A DNA stretch of 63,761 nt, filler included, from Octopus bimaculoides (Eukaryota): NCBI RefSeq assembly GCF_001194135.2. It is 7 parts of 6 records of this genome, joined end to end, with 100 filler letters (N's around TTAATTAATTAA, not from the genome) between each part and the next. Parts side by side here need not be neighbours in the genome. Positions count along the whole stretch, not along the records: positions 26,951 to 50,107 come from NC_069003.1; positions 50,208 to 54,751 come from NC_068986.1; 5 more parts are not named here. One strand, 5' to 3'. The notes under the pieces are model-generated. The model was not told the origin of the DNA, did not search any database, and was given only the letters and a program-made list of their open reading frames with translations. A program made the position numbers and the translations under genes. Shown here in pieces: positions 38,906-50,400 of this stretch; position 1 is the first letter of the stretch; every line of letters begins with the position of its first letter.

Positions 38906-39944
38906 TAGATTGATCTATGGATAGATAATTTGGCTATCACAAAAGAAATCAGATAGCATGTAAGAAATAAAATATTCTTCTCTTCACTTTAATAATAGTG
39001 ATTTCTGAAATACAAACAAGATAATGATGCCATCTAAACAACCGTATATCTCTCTATTTCTCCATCATCATGAATTTAATCCAATGCAGTTAACAGAACA
39101 ATGGGAGTATAGTTAACCTTACAAAAACATACACAAAGAAACGCCCATTGACACAGATGCGTCCGTAAATATGCGTGCGACTCGCGCACGCGCTCGGGCG
39201 CATACGCACAAACAGTCACGTGGTCGCTCAGCATCGTACGGAAACCTTATCTCCAGTGCAAGTAAGTAGGCACACATACCACGGAAGAACATGACAAGCG
39301 CACATATATACATACACGCATACATATACATAATACATACATACATACATACATGCATACAAATGTATTGATGTACGTACGTACGTTAGGTGCGTATGTA
39401 AATACTGACTAACGATGTCGATGACAACAGCGACGATGACTGCGACCACCACAACCACTACATCCGCCACCACTACCATTCACCACCACTACCACCATCA
39501 CCACAACCACCACCACCACCACCACAGCCATCGCATACACGACGACCATCACCACAATTACTACAGCAACCACTTCCACAGCCACCGCTATACAAAGCTA
39601 AAACACCGAGAGAACAAACTGTCACGGAGAACTCATTGAGAAGGTTAAAGACGTGCTGCGAAGGAGTGCGGCATAGCAATTAAATAAGAATGAAATGAAC
39701 AACAACCAATGCGTGTGTTATTAGCAGAATGACCCTTCTAATACAGTGATATCTCTAAACAATATCTTTTCGCATTAAGAATTGTGTGGTATAAACACGA
39801 TGATGAGTCAAAAATTGATACAATTTTTATCACAAAAGGTGCGCTTTTCAATGAAATTGTTTAGCATATGGCACACATGCAAAGACTCATTTGCACCTGA
39901 TCTTTGATTATCTATTTTCCTTTTGTTTTTCCAGATATGCAATA

Positions 39945-40092
39945 TGCGTGACTAAGTGGTAAGAAGCTTGCTTCCCAACCACATGATTCTGGGTTCAGTC
40001 TTATGGTACATTGGGCAAGTGTCAGCTGCTACAGCTTCGGGCCGACCAAAGCCTTGAGAGTGGATTTGGTAGACAGAAACTGAAAGAAGCTT
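39945..40092 (+). mobile_element. SINE family A, 5' half
   Basis: Family head and body followed by a (TG)n tract. Confidence 0.85.
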
Positions 40093-40093
40093 G

Positions 40094-40135
<42 letters not shown>

Positions 40136-41424
40136 GTAAACATATGTATGTATGTATGTATGATTGTATGTATGTCTGTTTGTATGAACACATGTATAAT
40201 TGTTATTGTTGGAATAAAAAGTGTTAATGGTAAAAAGAAGCGCAGTGTGCCAGTGATAGCTGACCCCAGCTTCCTGGATGCTGACGGAGCAAGTCTATTA
40301 CGAGTTGTATCGGCTTCCGAGATGATGTTTCGCAAAGCTTCCAAACAGTGAATTACCTGTACATTGTCATAAGTTCAATAAGGTTTCAGATGTCAACTTA
40401 GTGGTGGCCTGTAATGTTGTAATATCTAAAAAATATAGGTATTCGTTGACTCGAAACTTTATTAGCTACACCCGCATAATTAGGAACCAGGCTTCTTATC
40501 ACATAGCTTTGCCTGCCGTCTGTTCGAAAGACAGTGTCGTATATAGAAAGCTATTGTCCTTAATTTACGCCAAAACCATATGTTTGGACCTAGTTTCACC
40601 ATACACGCAAAATACACAACTGTCGGGTTTGCAGCAATTGGGATTCTTAAGGTGTAACTCTTTTGAGCGTAGTAAGGAGCTGCACATGCGCACCTCTGTT
40701 AATATAATGCATTGCCTGTCCAAAACTCAGTATCCTTCACGTGAGCAGAAAGTCCTTGTTGTCCACCCGCTTGACCGTGGTGAGTGAGGTTCGTGTTTGG
40801 ATCGGGGATGCATCCAAGGGGTCTCGTGCTTGTACGTCTGTTGAAAGGTTATGCTTTATATAGAAACAGATGTCTGAGATATTGCTAATAGTTTCCACCC
40901 AAACTTAGTTTCCACTTCGATCACAAGAATCTTGTTTCGCGGACGGACACACACCTAGAAATCCTGGCGTATATACATATATGAAAGAGCGTATATACAT
41001 ATATGAAAAACTGTCGAGTTTGCAGCAATTGGCTTTCTTGATATTTAACTCTCTTAAGTGTCGTAAGGGCCCGCACTCTCGCACCTTTGTTAATATCATT
41101 TGATGATCCGTCCAGCACTCAGCACCAGCCCCGGATTAACCATTAAGCAAAGTAAGTACATGCTTAAGGCACCAAAGGAAGTGAGGTAAGGACACCACAG
41201 AAATAGTAAATGGTTTACGGTATAAAAGAAATCACCCGTTAAAATAATATTCGAAGTGGTTTATATGAGCGGAAATATGATTTCGAAGTGTTCGTGCTGT
41301 CATAGCGAGGATATGATAAAGGACTTTGAAATTAAAAATAGTTGAAGTGGAAATATTCAAAGATAAACATTACTGAGTGTCCCTTTCCAATGTGAACATT
41401 TCTTTTCGTATATTTTAAACATTA

Positions 41425-41631
41425 ATGGTCACAAATTGCTCAGCTGAGCATTCATTTTCTCAGTCGAAATATATGAAAATTCCCATCAGAACAACTATGC
41501 AACAAAGCAGGCAGGATGCCTTATCTCTACTAAGTAAAAAAGCAGATGTGTTTCGTGAGATAAATTTTGAGGATCTGATCAAAGACTTTGCGATTAAAAA
41601 AAGTAGGAAAGAACTTTTCAAATATAAATAA
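41425..41631 (+). pseudogene. hAT transposase C-terminal dimerisation domain fragment
   Basis: VTNCSAEHSFSQSKYMK...RTTMQQSRQDALSLLS...INFEDLIKDFAIKKSRK matches the hAT consensus TNCSAERSFSKLKLIK..LRSTM.QERL. Confidence 0.9.
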
Positions 41632-41741
41632 ATTGGAAGTATACAAAAATAAACATTATTTTCCAACTTAATGCTAGTTTTCTTTCGTTTTGAAAGATAG
41701 AAATTTATTTTATGGTTTATTTTTGTTTATATTTTGAATTA

Positions 41742-41906
41742 CCGTATTTTAATGTGTATAAGGGAGCATTTAATTTGGGGTGGGGGCTTAAAATTTGGAA
41801 AAAAAGTTTTGTAAGGGATTATAATACAATCCATGTATAAAAACTCCCGTATTTTTTTAACCTAATTTTTGACAAAAATGGGTTTCTTATACACGTTAAA
41901 ATGCGG
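41742..41906. mobile_element. Tc1/mariner-type MITE nested in the hAT
   Basis: TIRs ccg(t/c)attttaa(t/c)gtgtataag; TA at 41740-41741 and 41907-41908. Confidence 0.8.
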
Positions 41907-42482
41907 TACATATATATCGAGGAATAAAAATATTTCAAGTGCTATGGGTCTTGATCTTGCTCTGCTCAGCACAAATCTTTACACAGATGAGAACATCTTG
42001 CTTGATCACGACACCAGTGGATTATATTTCGATCTTGGATGTCTTGCGTTTGGTTGCCTGTTGGAAGATAATATGGTATATTCTAGAAATACAAGCCTGT
42101 GCCACGGCCCTAAGTTTACGCCAAAAACCAAAGTCGATGTTCATTTGAACTTAGTTTCTCGTCTTCACAAAATCCTCGCACATTCACAGATATAAACGAG
42201 AGTAATACACATTTACACACACACAATTACAGACGTCAATACGTGCGTACATAGATGGAAAGATACGTGCGTACCTACACACAATCATCCAGGCAGACAA
42301 AATGACATTATGGAACACATGCACACAAACGACGAAGCTCACACAGACACTTGTGTATCTAAGATGTTTACAAAGTGAGTTTGCACACAATTTTTAATTA
42401 GTGAAGCGATGTTAAGAAACTATTCTCTTCCAACTCATCCATTGTACAAAAATAGGTCAATGTTTATGCGATTGTGTGTATA

Positions 42483-42550
<68 letters not shown>

Positions 42551-44031
42551 NNNNNNNNNNNNNNNNNNNNNNNNNNNNNNNNNNNNNNNNNNNNNNNNNN
42601 NNNNNNNNNNNNNNNNNNNNNNNNNNNNNNNNNNNNNNNNNNNNNNNNNNNNNNNNNNNNNNNNNNNNNNNNNNNNNNNNNNNNNNNNNNNNNNNNNNNN
42701 NNNNNNNNNNNNNNNNNNNNNNNNNNNNNNNNNNNNNNNNNNNNNNNNNNNNNNNNNNNNNNNNNNNNNNNNNNNNNNNNNNNNNNNNNNNNNNNNNNNN
42801 NNNNNNNNNNNNNNNNNNNNNNNNNNNNNNNNNNNNNNNNNNNNNNNNNNNNNNNNNNNNNNNNNNNNNNNNNNNNNNNNNNNNNNNNNNNNNNNNNNNN
42901 NNNNNNNNNNNNNNNNNNNNNNNNNNNNNNNNNNNNNNNNNNNNNNNNNNNNNNNNNNNNNNNNNNNNNNNNNNNNNNNNNNNNNNNNNNNNNNNNNNNN
43001 NNNNNNNNNNNNNNNNNNNNNNNNNNNNNNNNNNNNNNNNNNNNNNNNNNNNNNNNNNNNNNNNNNNNNNNNNNNNNNNNNNNNNNNNNNNNNNNNNNNN
43101 NNNNNNNNNNNNNNNNNNNNNNNNNNNNNNNNNNNNNNNNNNNNNNNNNNNNNNNNNNNNNNNNNNNNNNNNNNNNNNNNNNNNNNNNNNNNNNNNNNNN
43201 NNNNNNNNNNNNNNNNNNNNNNNNNNNNNNNNNNNNNNNNNNNNNNNNNNNNNNNNNNNNNNNNNNNNNNNNNNNNNNNNNNNNNNNNNNNNNNNNNNNN
43301 NNNNNNNNNNNNNNNNNNNNNNNNNNNNNNNNNNNNNNNNNNNNNNNNNNNNNNNNNNNNNNNNNNNNNNNNNNNNNNNNNNNNNNNNNNNNNNNNNNNN
43401 NNNNNNNNNNNNNNNNNNNNNNNNNNNNNNNNNNNNNNNNNNNNNNNNNNNNNNNNNNNNNNNNNNNNNNNNNNNNNNNNNNNNNNNNNNNATATATTTG
43501 TATCTATCTGTGTGTGTGTGTGAGTGTTATTTTCTTGTTTGTATTCGTAATTGTGTACCATATTTTCCGGTTTTTTTTCCTTTTTGTGTACCTTGTTCTC
43601 CGTTTTTTTTTTTGTCTTTGTTGCCGTTCACATTCGCTAGCTTTCTTACAAAGGAGTCTAATGCACTTAGCTTAGACATTTTTTTTGGGGGGGGGAGGCA
43701 ACCAAATCGAACCGTCTCAAGTGTAACTGCCCAAAACTGTCGTGACGTCTGGTACTTGACTGAGGAAAGAAGGCCACGAATGACCCGTTCGAATGTTTTA
43801 TTGTCCTCTATTGCGTTTTTGTTCTATATATATATATATATATATATATAAGGATTTACTTTTCGTAATGAGATTAAAAAAAACCAACGCTGTGTATAAT
43901 ATAGAAAATTTATAAATAGAAGGTCTTAACAGCTGTTTCTAGGATATTTATTATATTCCTTCATCGGAAGATAGGAAATAGAAAGTGAAATGGAGGAACA
44001 AAACTAGATGTGAGATATGCAGGGATATTGT

Positions 44032-44215
44032 ATTTGTAAATCCATTGTTTAGGCAGAATGGTATACATATAAGATTCCAATACCTTATGAGTAAAATCCA
44101 ACAGTATATAAATTTGGTCATTGCATTTGTAAATCCATGATTTAGGAAGAATGTTATACATATAAGATTCCAATACTCTATGAGTAAAATCCAACAGTCT
44201 TTTAAAATGGTCATT
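44032..44215. repeat. Two-copy 93-bp tandem repeat
   Basis: atttgtaaatcca... starts at 44032 and again at 44125, with high identity. Confidence 0.9.
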
Positions 44216-45038
44216 TCAAGATTATATACAGTGTTATTGAATCAAGGGTTCTATTTAAAGTGATCTAAAAGTAGGGAATGTATTAGTAAGGTCAAATCGA
44301 AAACAGGAAGAGAGGGGGAAAAAGGAAGAGAGAGAGAGAGAAGAAAAAAGGGATACAAAAATAGAGATGTATATATAAATTGTTTAATAGCCCTGAAACT
44401 CGAGTCGCCTTTATATATATATATTTATATTTATATATTTATATATTTGATCCTTTATATTGAACACTCAATATTTCATCTACATTCAATACTTTCTTTC
44501 AGGGTGCCATCCATTTTTATGTTATTTTATTTTATATTGTATATTGTATATCATATTATATATTGTATATTCCATATTCTATACCCCACATTAGTTTTGC
44601 AGGAATATAAATAAAACATAAAAAACAGACAGTGTTGGAACTCTTTTAAGCAAAATAATATATTCCTCTATACACAATCNNNNNNNNNNNNNNNNNNNNN
44701 NNNNNNNNNNNNNNNNNNNNNNNNNNNNNNNNNNNNNNNNNNNNNNNNNNNTATATATATATATACATATTTGTATCTATCTAGCCATCGATATATATAC
44801 ATATATATATAACTGTAAGATATTATCCCAATTTCTACTGCTATATGTTATATTTTAATAATTACTGATATTTTATATTTTATATATTATATATGTAAGG
44901 CATAATATGTGATATATGTATGTATATTGTTATAATTGTCCTTTTCGTAAATAAATAAATAGACATAATATAATGTCGAAAAGTTGATGAATACCACCTA
45001 TTAGTCCCCTCCATTTTCTTATTGCTCTCTCTCATTTG

Positions 45039-45143
<105 letters not shown>

Positions 45144-46038
45144 TTTTTTTCTTGTTTCAGTCATGAGACTGTGGCCATGCTGGGGCACCACCTTATTATA
45201 TATACATATAATAATTTGTATATAGATACATAGATATACGAATCTTTGTGTGTTTATGTGTGAGTCTATCTTTGTGAGTTTGTAAGCGTTTCTGTTTATG
45301 ACTTGATGCATCTTTGTTTAGTGCTAAAGACCGACATAGTGACAACCACAGACACATACACACATACATACACAAAATTACACTCACACATACATGCACA
45401 CACACACACACACACACTCACACACGTATACACGCACAAAATCATATTCTCACATACATGCACACACACACAAACGCACACACACACACACACACACACT
45501 CACACATGCATGCACAAAGTTATACGCCTACATGCAAACATACACACACACGCACTCACATACAGCCATACACACACACACACTAACAAACACACGAACA
45601 CATACACACAAGCTCGCGAACACGCGCGCACACAAACACACACAAACACATAGACACACGCACACACACACGCACACACACACACACACATACACAACTA
45701 CACACGCACATATTGACCTAAATTTGTTATGAAGCATATTTCTAGTTCTTCCCTACTGTTGAAAAGTAAGTACACACATGTTGTCCTGGCAACAGTGACC
45801 TGTACACACACATACACACACAAAAATTCACACGCGCATACATAGCTATTAACACATACATATATATACGTTGTTATACATACGCATTTACGCATAAACA
45901 TATATTCATCGTGTACAATCAACCGCACATACAGGCAAACATTATATGCCTTTAATATCATAGATACACACACACACACACACACAAATACATATGTATA
46001 TATGCATGTATATGGATACACACACAAACACACGCACT

Positions 46039-46108
<70 letters not shown>

Positions 46109-46249
46109 TATATATATGTGTGTGTGTGTGTGTGTATAATATACATCTATATATAATATATATATTGATGTATGTCTGTATATGTATATGTATCCATAGA
46201 TACATAGATATACATATATATATATATGCACATAAACATATGTGTATTG

Positions 46250-46305
<56 letters not shown>

Positions 46306-46396
46306 ACCTATGTATATCTATCCATCCATCCATCTATCTATATATCTATCTATCAATCAATTTATCTATATCTATATCTATATATCTATATCCACC

Positions 46397-46468
<72 letters not shown>

Positions 46469-46772
46469 CATGCACACACACACACACACACGCACAGAGA
46501 CACTCACACACACACATATATATTGACATCTGGATATTTCTGTCTTCCCTTTCGAGGCATCTAATTTAAAAAACATATTAATAGTTAAGTGCAAAACATT
46601 TTTTAAATATGATTCTCCGTAAAAATAGTCAAAAATTAAGAAGAACGAAGAAACTTGCTTCGCTTACAGAAATATATTTTTATCCTCCAATTTAAAGACA
46701 GTGCAACAAAACAAACAAGTGCCAAAACAACTCTAAAACAGTAACAGCAACATATACTACTACTGCTACTAC

Positions 46773-46825
<53 letters not shown>

Positions 46826-47853
46826 GTACTACTAGAACGGCTACCACCCCCACCAACTACCAATACCCTAACCACCACCACCACCNNNNNNNNNNNNNNN
46901 NNNNNNNNNNNNNNNNNNNNNNNNNNNNNNNNNNNNNNNNNNNNNNNNNNNNNNNNNNNNNNNNNNNNNNNNNNNNNNNNNNNNNNNNNNNNNNNNNNNN
47001 NNNNNNNNNNNNNNNNNNNNNNNNNNNNNNNNNNNNNNNNNNNNNNNNNNNNNNNNNNNNNNNNNNNNNNNNNNNNNNNNNNNNNNNNNNNNNNNNNNNN
47101 NNNNNNNNNNNNNNNNNNNNNNNNNNNNNNNNNNNNNNNNNNNNNNNNNNNNNNNNNNNNNNNNNNNNNNNNNNNNNNNNNNNNNNNNNNNNNNNNNNNN
47201 NNNNNNNNNNNNNNNNNNNNNNNNNNNNNNNNNNNNNNNNNNNNNNNNNNNNNNNNNNNNNNNNNNNNNNNNNNNNNNNNNNNNNNNNNNNNNNNNNNNN
47301 NNNNNNNNNNNNNNNNNNNNNNNNNNNNNNNNNNNNNNNNNNNNNNNNNNNNNNNNNNNNNNNNNNNNNNNNNNNNNNNNNNNNNNNNNNNNNNNNNNNN
47401 NNNNNNNNNNNNNNNNNNNNNNNNNNNNNNNNNNNNNNNNNNNNNNNNNNNNNNNNNNNNNNNNNNNNNNNNNNNNNNNNNNNNNNNNNNNNNNNNNNNN
47501 NNNNNNNNNNNNNNNNNNNNNNNNNNNNNNNNNNNNNNNNNNNNNNNNNNNNNNNNNNNNNNNNNNNNNNNNNNNNNNNNNNNNNNNNNNNNNNNNNNNN
47601 NNNNNNNNNNNNNNNNNNNNNCGCTCTTCCGATCTATATATATATATGTATATATATATATGTATATATACATACAAATAACTCACACATATACATATAT
47701 ATCTATGTGTGTGTGTGTCTGTGTCTGTGTAGTTAATATATGCAAGAATTAGATTTAAAAACCGGTGTGTATAACGTACATATATATGTATGTATGTATA
47801 TATATATATGTATATACATGCATGTGTATATATGTATGTTTGTGTGTATATGT

Positions 47854-47890
<37 letters not shown>

Positions 47891-47900
47891 NNNNNNNNNN

Positions 47901-47936
<36 letters not shown>

Positions 47937-48099
47937 TGTGGAACGATGTTACCAGTAATATTTCGTTTTAAAGAAGTCTTACCGAAAGGCTTGCGCGTTA
48001 AAAAAAAACAGGAATTCACTTAATGTAATATGTTATAAATCTAATATAATATAATATATATGTTTTGAGTAGCGATCAAATGATGACAAAATGAAAGGA

Positions 48100-48595
48100 A
48101 AAAGTTTTAACAGAGGTTGTATTAGTTTAATGCTTACTAAGAAACGAACGATCCTCGATGTTTCGGACAATAGTCCTTCATCAGAAGAAAGGACAGAAAA
48201 GAAAGAATGGGAGCAAAATAGAAAAGGGGGTAAAGTTGGTGGGAAAGGAATAAGAAAAAAATGTTAGGGTCCAGGTGGAAATGCAGTTCTATAAGTAGCA
48301 GTTAGGAAAAGAGGAACAGGCAGCGAGGTGTCAGCATGTGAAGCAGGGCATCTGTGTACAGAGATGGCTTAGGGGTAGCTGTGACTATGGTGGTATGAAA
48401 TGCGTATGGTTTCTTGAGACGTGTGGGAGAGTGCGGAGAGGTACGCATGTACGGAAGTGCAGTGGTGTGGCATAGTCGGAGTACGGAGGTTGTGAGTGCC
48501 GTCGTATTGCGTATGTGTGGAAGCTGTGGTGGAGAGGAGACGTAAGGGACGAAAAACACTGAAGAAACCAAGTATAAATAATGAGAAAATATGTA
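48100..48595 (-). mobile_element. Putative Penelope-like pseudo-LTR or retrozyme-like segment
   Basis: C/T-skewed tract ending in the hammerhead core; minimal hammerheads are typical of Penelope-like elements. No GIY-YIG or RT motif seen. Confidence 0.35.
48152..48189 (-). ncRNA. Minimal type I hammerhead ribozyme motif
   Basis: Minus strand reads ..ttctt CTGATGA A GGAC-TATT-GTCC GAAA C ATC gagga: intact CUGAUGA and GAAA core, 4-bp helix II hairpin, and a palindromic-type helix III with ACAUC instead of ACGUC. Confidence 0.7.
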
Positions 48596-48605
48596 AAAGT
48601 GAACA

Positions 48606-48968
48606 TAGGAGTGTCTGTGTGGTAAGTAGCTTGCTTACCAACCACATGGTTCCGGGTTCAGTCCCACTGCGTGGCACGTTGGGCAAGTGTCTTCTACTAT
48701 AGCCTCGGGCCGACCAAAGCCTTGTGAGTGGAATTGGCAGACGGAAACTGAAAGAAGCCCGTCGTATATATGTGTGTGTGTGTTTGTCCCCCCCCCCAAC
48801 ATCGCTTGACAACCGCTGCTGGTGTTTACGTCCCCGTAACTTAGCGGTTCGGCAAAAGTGGAAGATGGAAGTACTAGGCTTACAAAGAATAAGTCCTGGG
48901 GTCGATTTGCTCGACTAAAGGCGGTGCTCCAACATCGCCGCAGTCAAATGATTGAAACAAATAATAGA
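48606..48968 (+). mobile_element. SINE family A, near consensus
   Basis: Full-length, well-conserved copy. Confidence 0.92.
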
Positions 48969-48999
<31 letters not shown>

Positions 49000-49142
49000 C
49001 AAAAGTGGCTATCAACCTAATACTTACATGCTGTTATTTATAGCATAGATGTACTTTGAGAATCTATACCAGAGAAGAATAATTTGCATTCTCTCATAAG
49101 TTTATAAATTCATATAACGTCAATACATACTTACATACATGT

Positions 49143-49300
49143 GTAGACGCAATGGCCCAGTGGTTAGGGCAGCGAACTCGCGGTCGTAGGATCGTGGTTT
49201 CGATTCCCAGACCGGGCGTTGTGAGTGTTTATTGAACGAAAACTCCTAAAGCTCCACGAAGCTTCTGCAGGGGGTTGTGGCGAACCCTGCTGTAATCTTT
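49143..49300 (+). mobile_element. tRNA-derived SINE of a further family
   Basis: A-box tggcccagtggtt and B-box gtttcgattccc followed by a non-tRNA body. Confidence 0.7.
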
Positions 49301-49495
49301 TAGCACGTGTAGCTTAAATACTGAGATTGAATAGTTGGGCCGAATTATGTCTACTTAATCAAAAAAAAAAAAAAAAAAATTTTGCATGAAGTAACCTTCA
49401 TAATTTTATTGAATTAGCTACATATTTTGCCGTAAAAAGAAAATGTTGCTTTCGATCAATTTTATTCAAGGTAGGCACTGCTTACTTTGCCACTG

Positions 49496-49638
49496 ATATC
49501 ATCATCATCATTTAACGTCCGCTTTCCATGCTAGCATGGGTTGGACGATTTGACTGAGGACTGGTGAAACCAGATGGCTACACCAGGCTCCAATCTGATT
49601 TGGCAGAGTTTCTATAGCTGGATGCCCTTCCTAACGCC

Positions 49639-49640
<2 letters not shown>
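49496..49640 (-). mobile_element. RTE-type 3' tail (truncated LINE or dependent SINE)
   Basis: Reverse complement ends ccaacccatgctagcatggaaagcggacgttaaatgatgatg, a typical RTE stem-loop plus (TGA)n tail. Confidence 0.8.
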
Positions 49641-49676
<36 letters not shown>

Positions 49677-50207
49677 CAAGTGAATAACTGGGACTCCGAG
49701 TTTCGAACATCGATCTTTCGTTCAATTTTGACTCACTACCAGATAGCTTTTGTGGAATAACATTTTTGCTGACAGCAGGCGGAAATGTCGATGTCACCAT
49801 CGGATTATTTCTGCTTCCGGTGATGAAGAAAAACATCTTTCGAAATCTTATCTTTCCAGCTGCCGTGTTTGTTTATAACACTAATTCTAATGATATATTT
49901 GTCCTACTTTGCTGTCTCACCACGTCGTTCAGGAGAAGCAATGATTTATTGTAATCGCAATTAATCGACTAAATCTGTAAATAGGCTTCCCAAGCACATG
50001 GATCTGGGTCCCACCACGTGGCACCTTCGGCATGTGTCTTCTAATATAAACTGGGGAAGCCGTTGTATTTCTCTCTCTCTCTCTCTCTTTCCGTATATAT
50101 ATATATANNNNNNNNNNNNNNNNNNNNNNNNNNNNNNNNNNNNNNNNNNNNTTAATTAATTAANNNNNNNNNNNNNNNNNNNNNNNNNNNNNNNNNNNNN
50201 NNNNNNN

Positions 50208-50266
<59 letters not shown>

Positions 50267-50347
50267 ATGCGTTTCTGTGTGTGTATATATGTATGTATGT
50301 ATGTATGCATGTATATATATACACACATATGTACATAGATAGACACG

Positions 50348-50400
<53 letters not shown>

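Larger units (their letters stand above)
41126..41964 (+). mobile_element. Internally deleted hAT transposon
   Basis: 8-bp TSD CTCAGCAC at 41118-41125 and 41965-41972; left end CAGCCCCGGATTAA, decayed right end ttgatcttgctCTG; carries a transposase C-terminal fragment. Confidence 0.85.

Noticed and set aside
49143-49220. tRNA genes at SINE heads (also 24650, 25297, 17066)
   Set aside because: A and B boxes are present, but there is no complete cloverleaf and they continue into SINE bodies.
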